Shown piece after piece: positions 21,775-31,127 of a DNA stretch of 64,000 bases (the first letter of the stretch is position 1; every line of letters begins with the position of its first letter). Source of the stretch: an uncultured Bacilli bacterium (lineage in GTDB: Bacteria > Bacillota_I > Bacilli_A > RF39 > UBA660); NCBI GenBank assembly GCA_947624175.1, contig CANQJD010000002.1, positions 1,170 to 65,169 on the forward strand. The letters are read 5' to 3'. Below the pieces are notes generated by a model. That model saw only the letters and a program-made list of their open reading frames with translations. It did no database searches and had not been told where the DNA came from. Made by a program: the position numbers and the translations under genes.

Positions 21775-22782
21775 TTATTTAAAAATATCAAATAAACCTT
21801 TTTTTCCTCGTCCTTGATTAGAACTTTGAACATCAATTAATCCTAGTTTTGAAAGTAAATCATTTAAAATAGGATTAACTATTCTATCATTTAAAGGTGG
21901 CAAATTAAAATAAAGACTAATACCAGCTTCTCTTGCAAAAGCATTAACATCATTTTCATTTAACAAACTGTTATTTAAAATAACTTTTTTCCCTTTTAAA
22001 GTATTAAAAGCTGCTCTATTCCCCATCATTAATTGATTTATTCTATATAAAGATGGTTCTACTAAATAAATAACATCCGTACAAAAATCCATTTTATTAC
22101 TTTCATCTAAATCAACTAAAATTATTTCCTTTTTATCCATAGAAGCAAAAAATTCGCCCATTTTGGAATTAGAAATTGAATACATATTTTTATCATTATA
22201 ATAAACAAAATCTCTTTTATTAATTTCAACAGCTACTACTTCTTTTTTATGAACTTCTTGTAAGTTCTTTTTTAACATATAAATGAGAGCCGTACTACCA
22301 GCATTTTTTGTAACATTTTTAATTCCTAAAATAATTTGACCATTATCAAGAGATATGCTTGAATCATTAAAATTATCATAAGATATTTCTTTTCTAGCTG
22401 GAGTATTTTGAACTACAAATTCTTTTACATCATCATAAGTATTACTTTTTGTAACTAATTCTTGTAAACCTTTTATATTATCCGTGAAATTATAGATATT
22501 GATACTTACCAATAATGATAAAAACTTCTTAGGAGGTGGATCATTTGGAGGTAAAAAAAGAATTAACTTTTCGGTATCAAAAGTTTTAGCTAATTTTCTT
22601 AAAACATCTTCCTTAGGAAAATTCTCAAGAGCTGTTGCATCAATTATTAATTTCTTATAAAAAATAGAATTAAAACTATTAGCAATTTCTGATACTTGAA
22701 ACACTCCGTTTAATTCTTTCATTATTTCAATATTGGCACCATATATTAAATCTTTATTTTGATTTGTAACAATTATATTCAT
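21775..22782 (-). CDS. Putative TadZ/CpaE-like pilus-assembly localisation protein with degenerate P-loop (tentative)
   Basis: Last gene of the Tad-like operon. ILGIKNVTKNAGSTALIYMLKKNL sits where a deviant Walker A (KGGxGKT) occurs in MinD/ParA-like TadZ; otherwise unassignable. Confidence 0.3.
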   Translation of the reverse strand: MNIIVTNQNKDLIYGANIEIMKELNGVFQVSEIANSFNSIFYKKLIIDATALENFPKEDVLRKLAKTFDTEKLILFLPPNDPPPKKFLSLLVSINIYNFTDNIKGLQELVTKSNTYDDVKEFVVQNTPARKEISYDNFNDSSISLDNGQIILGIKNVTKNAGSTALIYMLKKNLQEVHKKEVVAVEINKRDFVYYNDKNMYSISNSKMGEFFASMDKKEIILVDLDESNKMDFCTDVIYLVEPSLYRINQLMMGNRAAFNTLKGKKVILNNSLLNENDVNAFAREAGISLYFNLPPLNDRIVNPILNDLLSKLGLIDVQSSNQGRGKKGLFDIFK

Positions 22783-22786
22783 ATTA

Positions 22787-23206
22787 TCACCTACAAGCTT
22801 CTATCTCCGTATTTTCATCTATCATACAACCAACTCCATATAAGGCCTTTGTCTCATTCTTTATCACTAAATCTAAATCTATACCCATAAGAGGTAATTC
22901 AAAAGTTACAAAAGTTTTGATTTTATAAACTGCATCTCCATTTGCATTATTGTCATCACCAAGAGTATAACATGATAAATATATTTTATTATTATAATTT
23001 CTAGACCTTAAATTTTCACATAACTCATCTTTACTGGTTATTCTTTCAGCAATACGGCCTTCAGTACGCTCTAATTCAGTAATAACATAATTACTAGCAC
23101 GATAAGTAGCCGCATAGTTCATTATTAACCCTATAAATACAATATAAATAAAGATAAAAATTAAAATAATATAAAATAACATTGAACCACCAACGGCTTC
23201 TCTCAT
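22787..23206 (-). CDS. TadE-like pseudopilin / minor pilin candidate
   Basis: Short N-terminal polar segment, a long hydrophobic helix (LFYIILIFIFIYIVFIGLIM), then ...AATYRASNYVITE...; position and architecture match TadE/TadF-like proteins. Confidence 0.4.
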   Translation of the reverse strand: MREAVGGSMLFYIILIFIFIYIVFIGLIMNYAATYRASNYVITELERTEGRIAERITSKDELCENLRSRNYNNKIYLSCYTLGDDNNANGDAVYKIKTFVTFELPLMGIDLDLVIKNETKALYGVGCMIDENTEIEACR

Positions 23207-23224
23207 ACTAACATCTCCTTAATT

Positions 23225-23401
23225 TTATAAATCTAAATCTTTAACAATCAAAGCATGGCCTGCTTCATTTTCAAATTGACCCCATCTCTTATTAATAGCA
23301 TTTTGAATTTGTGGCCAAAATAAAGCAAATATTCCAACAATTACTCCAACAGCAATGATTGTAACTAAAGTCATACTTAATTCACCACTAGCTTCTTTCA
23401 T
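23225..23401 (-). CDS. Candidate Flp-type small pilin (58 aa)
   Basis: Not in the ORF track. GGAGAT RBS then MKEASGELSMTLVTIIAVGVIVGIFALFWPQIQNAINKRWGQFENEAGHALIVKDLDL: short charged leader ending in Gly followed by a hydrophobic helix, located between the tadC-like and tadE-like genes. The G/xxxxEY Flp motif is not canonical. Confidence 0.35.
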   Translation of the reverse strand: MKEASGELSMTLVTIIAVGVIVGIFALFWPQIQNAINKRWGQFENEAGHALIVKDLDL

Positions 23402-23482
23402 TTATAACATATCTCCTTTCTATTTTTTACATTATTAGTATAGCACTAAAATTTTTATTAATCAATCATTTTTTTGTAAATT

Positions 23483-24268
23483 TTACATATCCATCATCAT
23501 CATCATCATCGCGATGAATAGAACTAACATTGTTCCACCACCTGTAACCATAAGCATGGCTAAGGTTTTCTTTTCCATTTTATTTAATCTTTTGGCATAT
23601 TTTTGTTCTCTAGCCTTATTTTGTAAAGATGAAACACTTTTAGAAAAGACAACTAATTGTTCTTGTTTATTTTCTTGAGCTCCAATACTTAAACGATATA
23701 AAAGTCGCATCATTCTTAAAGAGTCACGAACTGGATATTGTTCAGCAAACTCTATATATGGATTAATTGAAGAATCACCAGCATCAATCTTTTGAATCAT
23801 TTCAGATAATCCATCTTTAAACATAGCTGGTGCTGTTTCAATGGATTTTGATAAAGCAACGGGAATTGTATAATGTTGAGCAAGTATTTCAATACTTTTT
23901 AAATAATATGGTAAAGTTTGATCAATTTCGGTTAAATGTTTTTTATAATATCCTTTTAAACTAGAATATTGATTTTTATAAACAACAATTATAATTATAG
24001 CACCTATTATTAAATTAATCCAAGAGAAATTAAATAATAAAATAGCAAATATTATAACAATGGCAATGATTAATTGATTGATTCTTTTTTCAAATAATTG
24101 ATTAGCATCAACTTCTCCACCATATCTTGCTTTAACTAAAAATTCATAATCTTTTTCTTTTAATAAATCAAATAAAGCTTTATTATCTTGATATAAATGT
24201 TTAGTATTAATAATTCCTCGATAACTAAGAATAAATACTAGTATTAAGATAAGAATTGCAAATTCCAT
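23483..24268 (-). CDS. TadC-like pilus assembly inner-membrane protein (T2SS-F domain)
   Basis: Roughly 260-aa protein with N-terminal TM, cytoplasmic domain and C-terminal TM pair. Second of two adjacent GspF-like genes after the CpaF ATPase gene; start overlaps the upstream gene's stop. Confidence 0.55.
   Translation of the reverse strand: MEFAILILILVFILSYRGIINTKHLYQDNKALFDLLKEKDYEFLVKARYGGEVDANQLFEKRINQLIIAIVIIFAILLFNFSWINLIIGAIIIIVVYKNQYSSLKGYYKKHLTEIDQTLPYYLKSIEILAQHYTIPVALSKSIETAPAMFKDGLSEMIQKIDAGDSSINPYIEFAEQYPVRDSLRMMRLLYRLSIGAQENKQEQLVVFSKSVSSLQNKAREQKYAKRLNKMEKKTLAMLMVTGGGTMLVLFIAMMMMMMDM
23492..23509. repeat. (CAT)6 trinucleotide repeat encoding a Met6 tail of the TadC-like protein
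   Basis: catcatcatcatcatcat read on the minus strand gives ...AMMMMMMDM* at the C-terminus of ORF 23483..24268. Confidence 0.9.
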
Positions 24269-25173
24269 TACTCAGCCCCCACATTCTCGTTATAATATTT
24301 TTCTCCTGATAGAAGAAAATAACTATTAAATAAAACTACAATATGTAAACCTATTTGCAAAATAATATTATTATTAACCATTTCAATATAGGTTTCTTTA
24401 CCAATTAACCACTGAACTAACATAACCATTAAATATAGAAGTAATCCATATTGAATAAATGATTTATGGAAGGCTTGACGATTCATTCTATCTTGGTAAA
24501 CACCTTCAACTAATTGGTCAACATCAAGTAACATATTATCAAGTACTTCAACGGTATCATGAGCACCTTCTCTCGTTACTTGAAGGAATAATTGATGCAT
24601 ATTTCTAGTCATATAGAAATCATATTTGCTATTCATATAATCAATTGATTCTCCTACATCACCATTATGATAAGCTAAATCAATCATTACTTTAACATCA
24701 GTTTTAACAGGATCTTCTAAAACACCTGAATCATATACTCCTTCTAAAGCTTTTACAAAAGATTGTGTTATTTGAAATTCCATTATCGTATTTGTAACAT
24801 AAACTTGGATTTGTTCAAAGATAAATTCACTATAAAGTCGCTTACATCTAAGATAGGCAAGATAAGGGATAAATGAAACAACTACTACAACATAGATAAC
24901 TGAAATAATAATATTATAGAAATAAAGATAAGATATAACAAAAGCAACAACTGCAAACGTAATAGTTTGGATTATATATTGCTTTTTAGTATATTCAAGT
25001 CCCATTTCTTTACATTTTTCTCTAATTACCTTAAACGAATATGGTGCATATTTATCATAAACATTTCCTAAACTTGTAGAAATGAATTTATAAAAAGATT
25101 CTCCATTGCTTTTTCGATATAAAACTATAAAGACAGCAATAAGTAAGATAATTAAAAATTCCATTTGCATCAC
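24268..25173 (-). CDS. TadB-like pilus assembly inner-membrane protein (T2SS-F domain)
   Basis: 301 aa with GspF-like topology, immediately downstream of the CpaF-like ATPase gene (4-nt gap). Confidence 0.55.
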   Translation of the reverse strand: MMQMEFLIILLIAVFIVLYRKSNGESFYKFISTSLGNVYDKYAPYSFKVIREKCKEMGLEYTKKQYIIQTITFAVVAFVISYLYFYNIIISVIYVVVVVSFIPYLAYLRCKRLYSEFIFEQIQVYVTNTIMEFQITQSFVKALEGVYDSGVLEDPVKTDVKVMIDLAYHNGDVGESIDYMNSKYDFYMTRNMHQLFLQVTREGAHDTVEVLDNMLLDVDQLVEGVYQDRMNRQAFHKSFIQYGLLLYLMVMLVQWLIGKETYIEMVNNNIILQIGLHIVVLFNSYFLLSGEKYYNENVGAE

Positions 25174-25177
25174 CTCT

Positions 25178-26524
25178 TTATAAAAATTCTTCTATTTGAT
25201 TATTTTGAGTTTGAGTAGCCCCTACTGGAACTTCTTGAGTTACGGGAGCACTTCCTATTCCACTTGCCATCGGCATAGTTGGATTAAAATTAGATAAAGT
25301 ATCTGCAACAGGAGTAGTTACAGGAGTTGGACTTGGTACAGTCTGCACATTTGGAACAGTATTCGTATCACTCTTATCTTCTTGGAAAGGAGCGATATTT
25401 TTCATATTTTGAATTTCTTTTTTACTTAAATCAACCCCTTGAGCCTCTAAATAATCAATTAAATGCTCACTCGGTGGATTAAGGATTTCCGTTCCATCAA
25501 TATTTTTTCTATAGATTGTATTTGACTCTGGTTTATTCTCTTCATTAACAAAGAATTCCGTTACTTCACATACTTCTCTTAAAAACTTACCCGTTCCTTT
25601 TTCATAACGAGCCCGAACGTGAACACCTAACTGAATATAACGATAAATGGTTGTCATGAATTGTTCAACATCAATATTACTTTCAAGTAAACTATATAAA
25701 CGATAAGGAATACTTGCAGCTTTATCAGCATGGATAGTTGATAAAATATTATGTCCTGATGAAATAGAGTTACGAACGGCACTTACAGCTTCCGCTGAAC
25801 GAACTTCGGAAAGTAATATCCATTTAGGATTTTGCCGCATACAAGCAACTAATACATCACTGTATGATGCAATATTATTGGTTTTCATTGCAACAATATC
25901 CCTCTCAGGGAAAATTGAATCTAAGTGCAACTCTAAAGTATCCTCAATTGTAATTATTTTTTCATTTTCTCTCGTATGACTTGCTAAATATTTAACAAGC
26001 TCCGTTTTACCACTACCAGTTTCTCCACTAACGATAATATTACAATGACCCCTGACACATTCAATCAAAAAGTCATGAATATCATTAGTTATATATTTTT
26101 CTTCAATTATTTTTTCTTTCTTTAATCTTATTTTAGCCGGTGTTTTCCGAAATACAGCTGCTATTCCATTTCTGGCAATTGAATCATGAATAAAGTTCAT
26201 ACGAAGTTCAGCAGATTCACTATCTAACATTGGACTTGCCATATTAAACGTTTTACCCATAATATTAGCACATTGGAAAGCAATTTTTTCCATAAGTTCA
26301 TTATTAATACCAGGATTATCAATTCGATAAACACCTTTATCAAGGGATTTTAACCATACTTGACCATTATTACTATAAGAAATATCAGTAATATTATCAT
26401 CATCTAAATAAGGTTTTAAAGCACCAAAATCGATATTTGAAAATAAGCTAGCATTAATTTCTGTATTGGTTTTATTAGGATCACTAGCTGGATTTAATTC
26501 ATAGGCATTTATAGTTGGATTCAT
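25178..26524 (-). CDS. CpaF/TadA-type secretion ATPase (VirB11 family) with Pro/Thr-rich C-terminal tail
   Basis: Walker A VSGETGSGKTEL, Asp box and His box (ILLSEVRSAEA...STIHA) of the CpaF/TadA family. A C-terminal extension of roughly 60 aa is low-complexity (TPVTTPVADT...). Confidence 0.85.
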   Translation of the reverse strand: MNPTINAYELNPASDPNKTNTEINASLFSNIDFGALKPYLDDDNITDISYSNNGQVWLKSLDKGVYRIDNPGINNELMEKIAFQCANIMGKTFNMASPMLDSESAELRMNFIHDSIARNGIAAVFRKTPAKIRLKKEKIIEEKYITNDIHDFLIECVRGHCNIIVSGETGSGKTELVKYLASHTRENEKIITIEDTLELHLDSIFPERDIVAMKTNNIASYSDVLVACMRQNPKWILLSEVRSAEAVSAVRNSISSGHNILSTIHADKAASIPYRLYSLLESNIDVEQFMTTIYRYIQLGVHVRARYEKGTGKFLREVCEVTEFFVNEENKPESNTIYRKNIDGTEILNPPSEHLIDYLEAQGVDLSKKEIQNMKNIAPFQEDKSDTNTVPNVQTVPSPTPVTTPVADTLSNFNPTMPMASGIGSAPVTQEVPVGATQTQNNQIEEFL

Positions 26525-26535
26525 ACTATCACCTA

Positions 26536-27342
26536 TTATTGTTCTGTTTCTTCTTGATTTTCTTCAGTATCTAGCTTAACATCTTCATCAATCGTTGTAG
26601 CTTTAGAATTTATATATTCTTTAATTGTTTCACTAGTTACATTAGTTTTAACTGTTTCACCATCTACTTCCAATGAAGCATTAGTTGGAACTAAAATAAT
26701 TTCAGCATTTCTGATATATTCAGCTTTTCTTAACAACATATGCATTTCATTAGTAACTTGAAAAATTATTTGACTTGGAGCTCTATCCTCAGTTGTTGAT
26801 TCAAATACATGTCTTCCACTTGAATCTTTAACAGCTAATATTTTAACATTTTCAATTAATTTACCAATCATGATTAATCCTGCATCATCTTCACCTTTAA
26901 AGTAAACATCTACATAGTTACCTGGATACATAGAATTACCATAAGTAGATCTAATATCTACATCAAAGTCATAAGCAACATATCCTTCTTCAATATCAAT
27001 CAAGAATGAATCAGGTAAATCTTCTTTTCTTACAACTTGACTTGCATAAAATAAACTACCAGCTGGAATATTAGTTTGAGAATACATACCTAATATTTGA
27101 GTATTTGCATTAGTCAAAACATTACCTTTCATAGCTGATTGAGATATTTCAAGATATCCAATCATATCACTGGTAATTTCTTTTCTTGGGTCAATGGCTT
27201 GAAGAGCATAAGGAACCCGAACTGGACTTGTTGCTTGACTTACTCTCCAGTTATAGAAAAAGTAAAGTACCAAAACTCCTAAAATAACACCAATAACTGT
27301 AACCGTATTTTTGTTGGCTAAAATTTGTTTTAATTTTTTCAT
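26536..27342 (-). CDS. CpaB/RcpC-like Flp pilus assembly protein (SAF domain)
   Basis: N-terminal TM (TVTVIGVILGVLVLYFFY) followed by a SAF-like domain; position immediately upstream of the CpaF-like ATPase gene matches cpaB. Confidence 0.65.
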   Translation of the reverse strand: MKKLKQILANKNTVTVIGVILGVLVLYFFYNWRVSQATSPVRVPYALQAIDPRKEITSDMIGYLEISQSAMKGNVLTNANTQILGMYSQTNIPAGSLFYASQVVRKEDLPDSFLIDIEEGYVAYDFDVDIRSTYGNSMYPGNYVDVYFKGEDDAGLIMIGKLIENVKILAVKDSSGRHVFESTTEDRAPSQIIFQVTNEMHMLLRKAEYIRNAEIILVPTNASLEVDGETVKTNVTSETIKEYINSKATTIDEDVKLDTEENQEETEQ

Positions 27343-27359
27343 ATTCTCCCTCTTTCTTC

Positions 27360-27950
27360 TTATTTATTATTTAATTTTTCTTCAAAGATAGCATCAACTT
27401 GGTTTCTAATATTAAAGTCACCTTCATCAAATGTTAAAGTTGTTGACTCACTTGAATTATAGGTATTATAAGTATCTATTCTTATACTTACTTTAGGTGG
27501 ATATTCAATAACATCTTGAACAGTTACTCGATAACTTTTATTATTATTTACATTCTCTGCAAATCTTCTTATAAAACTTTCTACAAATACATCAGCATTT
27601 ATTTTAACTTCACCATATAAGTCTTGGCAACTATTTTTACCATAAGTTTTATCTAAATTTTCTTGAGTGATTTGCTTATCTTTATTTTTTAATATAATCT
27701 CATAATCCTCTTTGCTATCAAACACCAATTTTCCATTATCAACTGTATATTTTCCAGGAATCGGACAAAGATAAAATCCTCCACGATATGAAGCTCTATC
27801 AATAGCATCATACATTGATGCTTCAACCGTATTTCTAATTAATGTATAATCTTGTTGATTGGTTGTTGTTATGTTACCAAAAATATTAATTAAGACAGTT
27901 CCAAATATTCCAATTATGAAAAGCATAACTGCCCACATTGCTACTTTCAA
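27360..27950 (-). CDS. Hypothetical signal-anchored protein of the Tad-like locus
   Basis: N-terminal hydrophobic helix (MWAVMLFIIGIFGTVLINIF) and a 170-aa extracytoplasmic domain. Possibly a TadG/pseudopilin-like component, but no motif support. Confidence 0.35.
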   Translation of the reverse strand: MKVAMWAVMLFIIGIFGTVLINIFGNITTTNQQDYTLIRNTVEASMYDAIDRASYRGGFYLCPIPGKYTVDNGKLVFDSKEDYEIILKNKDKQITQENLDKTYGKNSCQDLYGEVKINADVFVESFIRRFAENVNNNKSYRVTVQDVIEYPPKVSIRIDTYNTYNSSESTTLTFDEGDFNIRNQVDAIFEEKLNNK

Positions 27951-28029
27951 GTTCCACCTCCTACTATAAACAATTATATATCAATATTCAAAAGTTAGCA
28001 AGAAAATTTTTAGGTTTTTTTACTTTATT

Positions 28030-28686
28030 TTACAAATCTTCTTTTTTCTTTTTCTTCAATATAACAAAGACTACTACTCCTGCTATAATAACTCCTACTC
28101 CAATTCCTATATAAATAAATACTTTTTTATCTAATTTATTTATTATTTCATTAATATTAGGATTTAAATACTCTTCAAATTCTTTATCAATATCTTCAAA
28201 CTCTACATTATCAGTATCCATAAATTCTTTGCAATATTTAAATTCTTTATTATCATTACATTTTTCTTTATTGAAATAATAATAATCATTTACTTTAGGT
28301 AATTCAATGCTTACTGTTCTTAATATTTCATCAGTACATAAATTAGTTGTATAAGAATATATTTTAAAAGTAATTTTATCACCATCAGCTAAATTATTTA
28401 TTTCTTTAGTATCAGATTTTATTGTTCCTTCTTCTTCATATTTACTTGTATATTCAATTCGTAAATCAGAATTAAAATTTATTATTTCAACTTTATAATT
28501 TACTTCAACACTTTTATTATCTTCATCAACATAACCTATTTCATAACTAGGTTTAAACTCAACATTTTTGGCTAGTTCTTTTAATCTCTCCATTTCACTA
28601 TTAGTACATGCTTCATAAGCATCTACCTTTAAAGAAGTAAATAGGAATAACAAAATCGTTAGTAAACAAATTTTCAGATATTTCAT
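28030..28686 (-). CDS. Cys-containing type I membrane protein (paralog b; 218 aa)
   Basis: Signal peptide (...SLKVDA), 5 conserved Cys, C-terminal TM (IYIGIGVGVIIAGVVVFVIL) followed by KKKKKEDL. About 45-50% identical to 33648..34304. Its start overlaps the stop of the 808-aa VWA protein gene by 4 nt. Confidence 0.5.
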   Translation of the reverse strand: MKYLKICLLTILLFLFTSLKVDAYEACTNSEMERLKELAKNVEFKPSYEIGYVDEDNKSVEVNYKVEIINFNSDLRIEYTSKYEEEGTIKSDTKEINNLADGDKITFKIYSYTTNLCTDEILRTVSIELPKVNDYYYFNKEKCNDNKEFKYCKEFMDTDNVEFEDIDKEFEEYLNPNINEIINKLDKKVFIYIGIGVGVIIAGVVVFVILKKKKKEDL

Positions 28687-31109
28687 CCTGCCACCTCATC
28701 TTTAAATTTAGCACTATAAAACCATCTACGACCACTAGTAACATCTTCCCCTTGACCATTTCTAGTAAATTCACATATAAATCGGTTGTTATCAGTAAAA
28801 TGACAATTTCTTCCTAAATAACTATTTTTAGTATCTTCATTTGTATCTTTTTTAATGTTATTGATATTAGTTTTACTTAATAAATACTCATATTCTGCTT
28901 CTTTAGAATCACTCCAAGTATTCTCATCGATTATCTTTTCAAAATCAAATCTTGTATTTAAATAATTACTACCTACTCCCCGATTTATATCATATTTTTT
29001 TAAGAATGGATCAGTTAATTCTATTTGTCTATAATTAATATTACTTAATTTATCTTCTCCATTAAACTCACATTCAAGTTTATCATCACTACCATTTTTC
29101 TTAAGTTCAATATCAAGATCTCCATTATAACCAGCATTAGATACTTTTATAGTTATATAACCACTATTTTCTTTTAATTTAGTATAAGCATTATTACCAC
29201 CTAATATCTGATTATTAGATTCATTACTACAGCTTTCTTGGTCTCCTGTTTGCATATTTAAACAACTTTCTTTTATTTGCATTTCTTTACTAAAACTTGC
29301 ATAACAAGTAGTTGAAGTAGTTCTATTTACCCCATTAATTTTTTCTGTTTTATTAGTAGTACATTTAATATTACTAGTATTTACTTTTTCTTTTACATTT
29401 TCATAACTAAACTTATCTGGAGAAGATTTACTATTGTTATAAGTTATTTTTAATTCAGCACCTTGATCTTCAAATCTTTTAGCATAATTTTTTAAATCTT
29501 CTTGAGTATTAAAGTTTAAATAATTTTGTAAAACTGAATTAAGTTTTTCTAATTTTTTAGCAGCACTTACTTGTTCTTTCAAATCTTCAGATTTTAATCC
29601 TTTCTCTGCTTCATTATATTTTTCATTAAATATTGTCGTATTAAATTTATAAGTACAGACAACATTAGTACTCATTTTTAATGAAGATGGGAAACCTGTA
29701 CCAGCTAAAATATTAAATTTTCTTACTCCAACATCTAAATTATTAACTATAGCTTCGGTTGTAAAACCATTTTTGTTAACTCCATTTTCCATATAACCTT
29801 CACGACAACTTTTAGTAAAGATTTGATTTTCATCACTTTCATCTTCTCTAACAGTACCAGCTGTTGATGAACCATGACATGTATGTAAATTTAAATCATA
29901 TGGTATCCAATAAACTTCTGGATTTACATCAACACCTATTGTTTTTTCATTACCTTCTTCATCAGTATAAGTTAAATTAAAGTTTTCATTGGTCTCATGC
30001 CAACCTCCACCATCACTTTCATTACCTTTAGCATATTGATTAATCTCAATTTCAAAACTTGGAGAAGTCCAACCTGATTCGGTTAATCTACCAACATTAA
30101 ATCTTTGATAATCACCAACATCATCAGTTAAATAGAAATCATCTCCTATTCTATCAGTTAAATCTGTAGTAAATGATGTACTACCTTCTTCAACATTTTC
30201 TTTTATTTGTTCAGCTATTTTTTGAAATAATGTATTTAAATCACCACTTGCATCATTATATATAGTAACTAATTGTTGCATCATTTTAGTATCACAAGTT
30301 TTATAAGTGCTTCCACTACTACAACCAGCATTCCGACAAGCACTATTCCAAGTAAGTTTACTACCTAAAGAACTTCCATCATATCTAATTCCATAAATAC
30401 TAACCCCCATATTTTTTAAACTTTTTGCTCTGCTTTTAGCTGTTCCAGGATTAGTATCATTAGGAGACCAATATCTTCCATCTCCAAAAATAACTACAAA
30501 TTTCTTTTCATCACCTTTTGGAAAGTTAACTTGTCCTAAAGCTTTATCTATATATGATTTATGTCCTCCTAAATTATTGTATCCTCTAAAGCCAACTTTA
30601 TCAAAGTTAGAATTCTTAAAGCCATTAGTTACATCATAAGAATTAGTTGCAAATTGAATAAGTTTTAGATAATAATTAGAACTTCCATTCTCATTACTTG
30701 GGATTAATGTTCGTGCAAAAGTCTGAGCAGCTGATTGAACAGTTGATATTTTACTTTTAATTGTTTTAGAATAATCTAATACCAAAGCTATATAAGCTTT
30801 TTCAGCTGACTTTTTTTGAGATACATTTTTACCTTTAATATTAAACTTTACATAATAATGCCCTAATTCATCTAACTTTTTAGTTACAGTTTTAGTTATT
30901 TGAATATCTCCATTTTTTTCTAAACTACCATATACTAAATCTACTTTTGTAACTACTCCTTGATTATTTTTAGTTTCATAACATTTTACATTAGATGGTA
31001 AATTCAAAGGACATCTTAAATCTCCTCTTTCATATTTAGTTTCAGCTTTAACAGGTATACTTATTAATATTAAAACTATTAATATAATTAATTTTACTTG
31101 TTTTTTCAT
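28683..31109 (-). CDS. Large secreted VWA-domain protein (808 aa), Cys-rich C-terminal region
   Basis: Signal peptide (...IPVKAETKY), VWA domain with MIDAS-like LVLDYSKT and FVVIFGDGRY motifs, long Cys-containing C-terminal region, no LPXTG and no C-terminal TM. Paralog of 31128..33638. Confidence 0.7.
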   Translation of the reverse strand: MKKQVKLIILIVLILISIPVKAETKYERGDLRCPLNLPSNVKCYETKNNQGVVTKVDLVYGSLEKNGDIQITKTVTKKLDELGHYYVKFNIKGKNVSQKKSAEKAYIALVLDYSKTIKSKISTVQSAAQTFARTLIPSNENGSSNYYLKLIQFATNSYDVTNGFKNSNFDKVGFRGYNNLGGHKSYIDKALGQVNFPKGDEKKFVVIFGDGRYWSPNDTNPGTAKSRAKSLKNMGVSIYGIRYDGSSLGSKLTWNSACRNAGCSSGSTYKTCDTKMMQQLVTIYNDASGDLNTLFQKIAEQIKENVEEGSTSFTTDLTDRIGDDFYLTDDVGDYQRFNVGRLTESGWTSPSFEIEINQYAKGNESDGGGWHETNENFNLTYTDEEGNEKTIGVDVNPEVYWIPYDLNLHTCHGSSTAGTVREDESDENQIFTKSCREGYMENGVNKNGFTTEAIVNNLDVGVRKFNILAGTGFPSSLKMSTNVVCTYKFNTTIFNEKYNEAEKGLKSEDLKEQVSAAKKLEKLNSVLQNYLNFNTQEDLKNYAKRFEDQGAELKITYNNSKSSPDKFSYENVKEKVNTSNIKCTTNKTEKINGVNRTTSTTCYASFSKEMQIKESCLNMQTGDQESCSNESNNQILGGNNAYTKLKENSGYITIKVSNAGYNGDLDIELKKNGSDDKLECEFNGEDKLSNINYRQIELTDPFLKKYDINRGVGSNYLNTRFDFEKIIDENTWSDSKEAEYEYLLSKTNINNIKKDTNEDTKNSYLGRNCHFTDNNRFICEFTRNGQGEDVTSGRRWFYSAKFKDEVAG

Positions 31110-31127
31110 TATTCACTCCTTATAATC

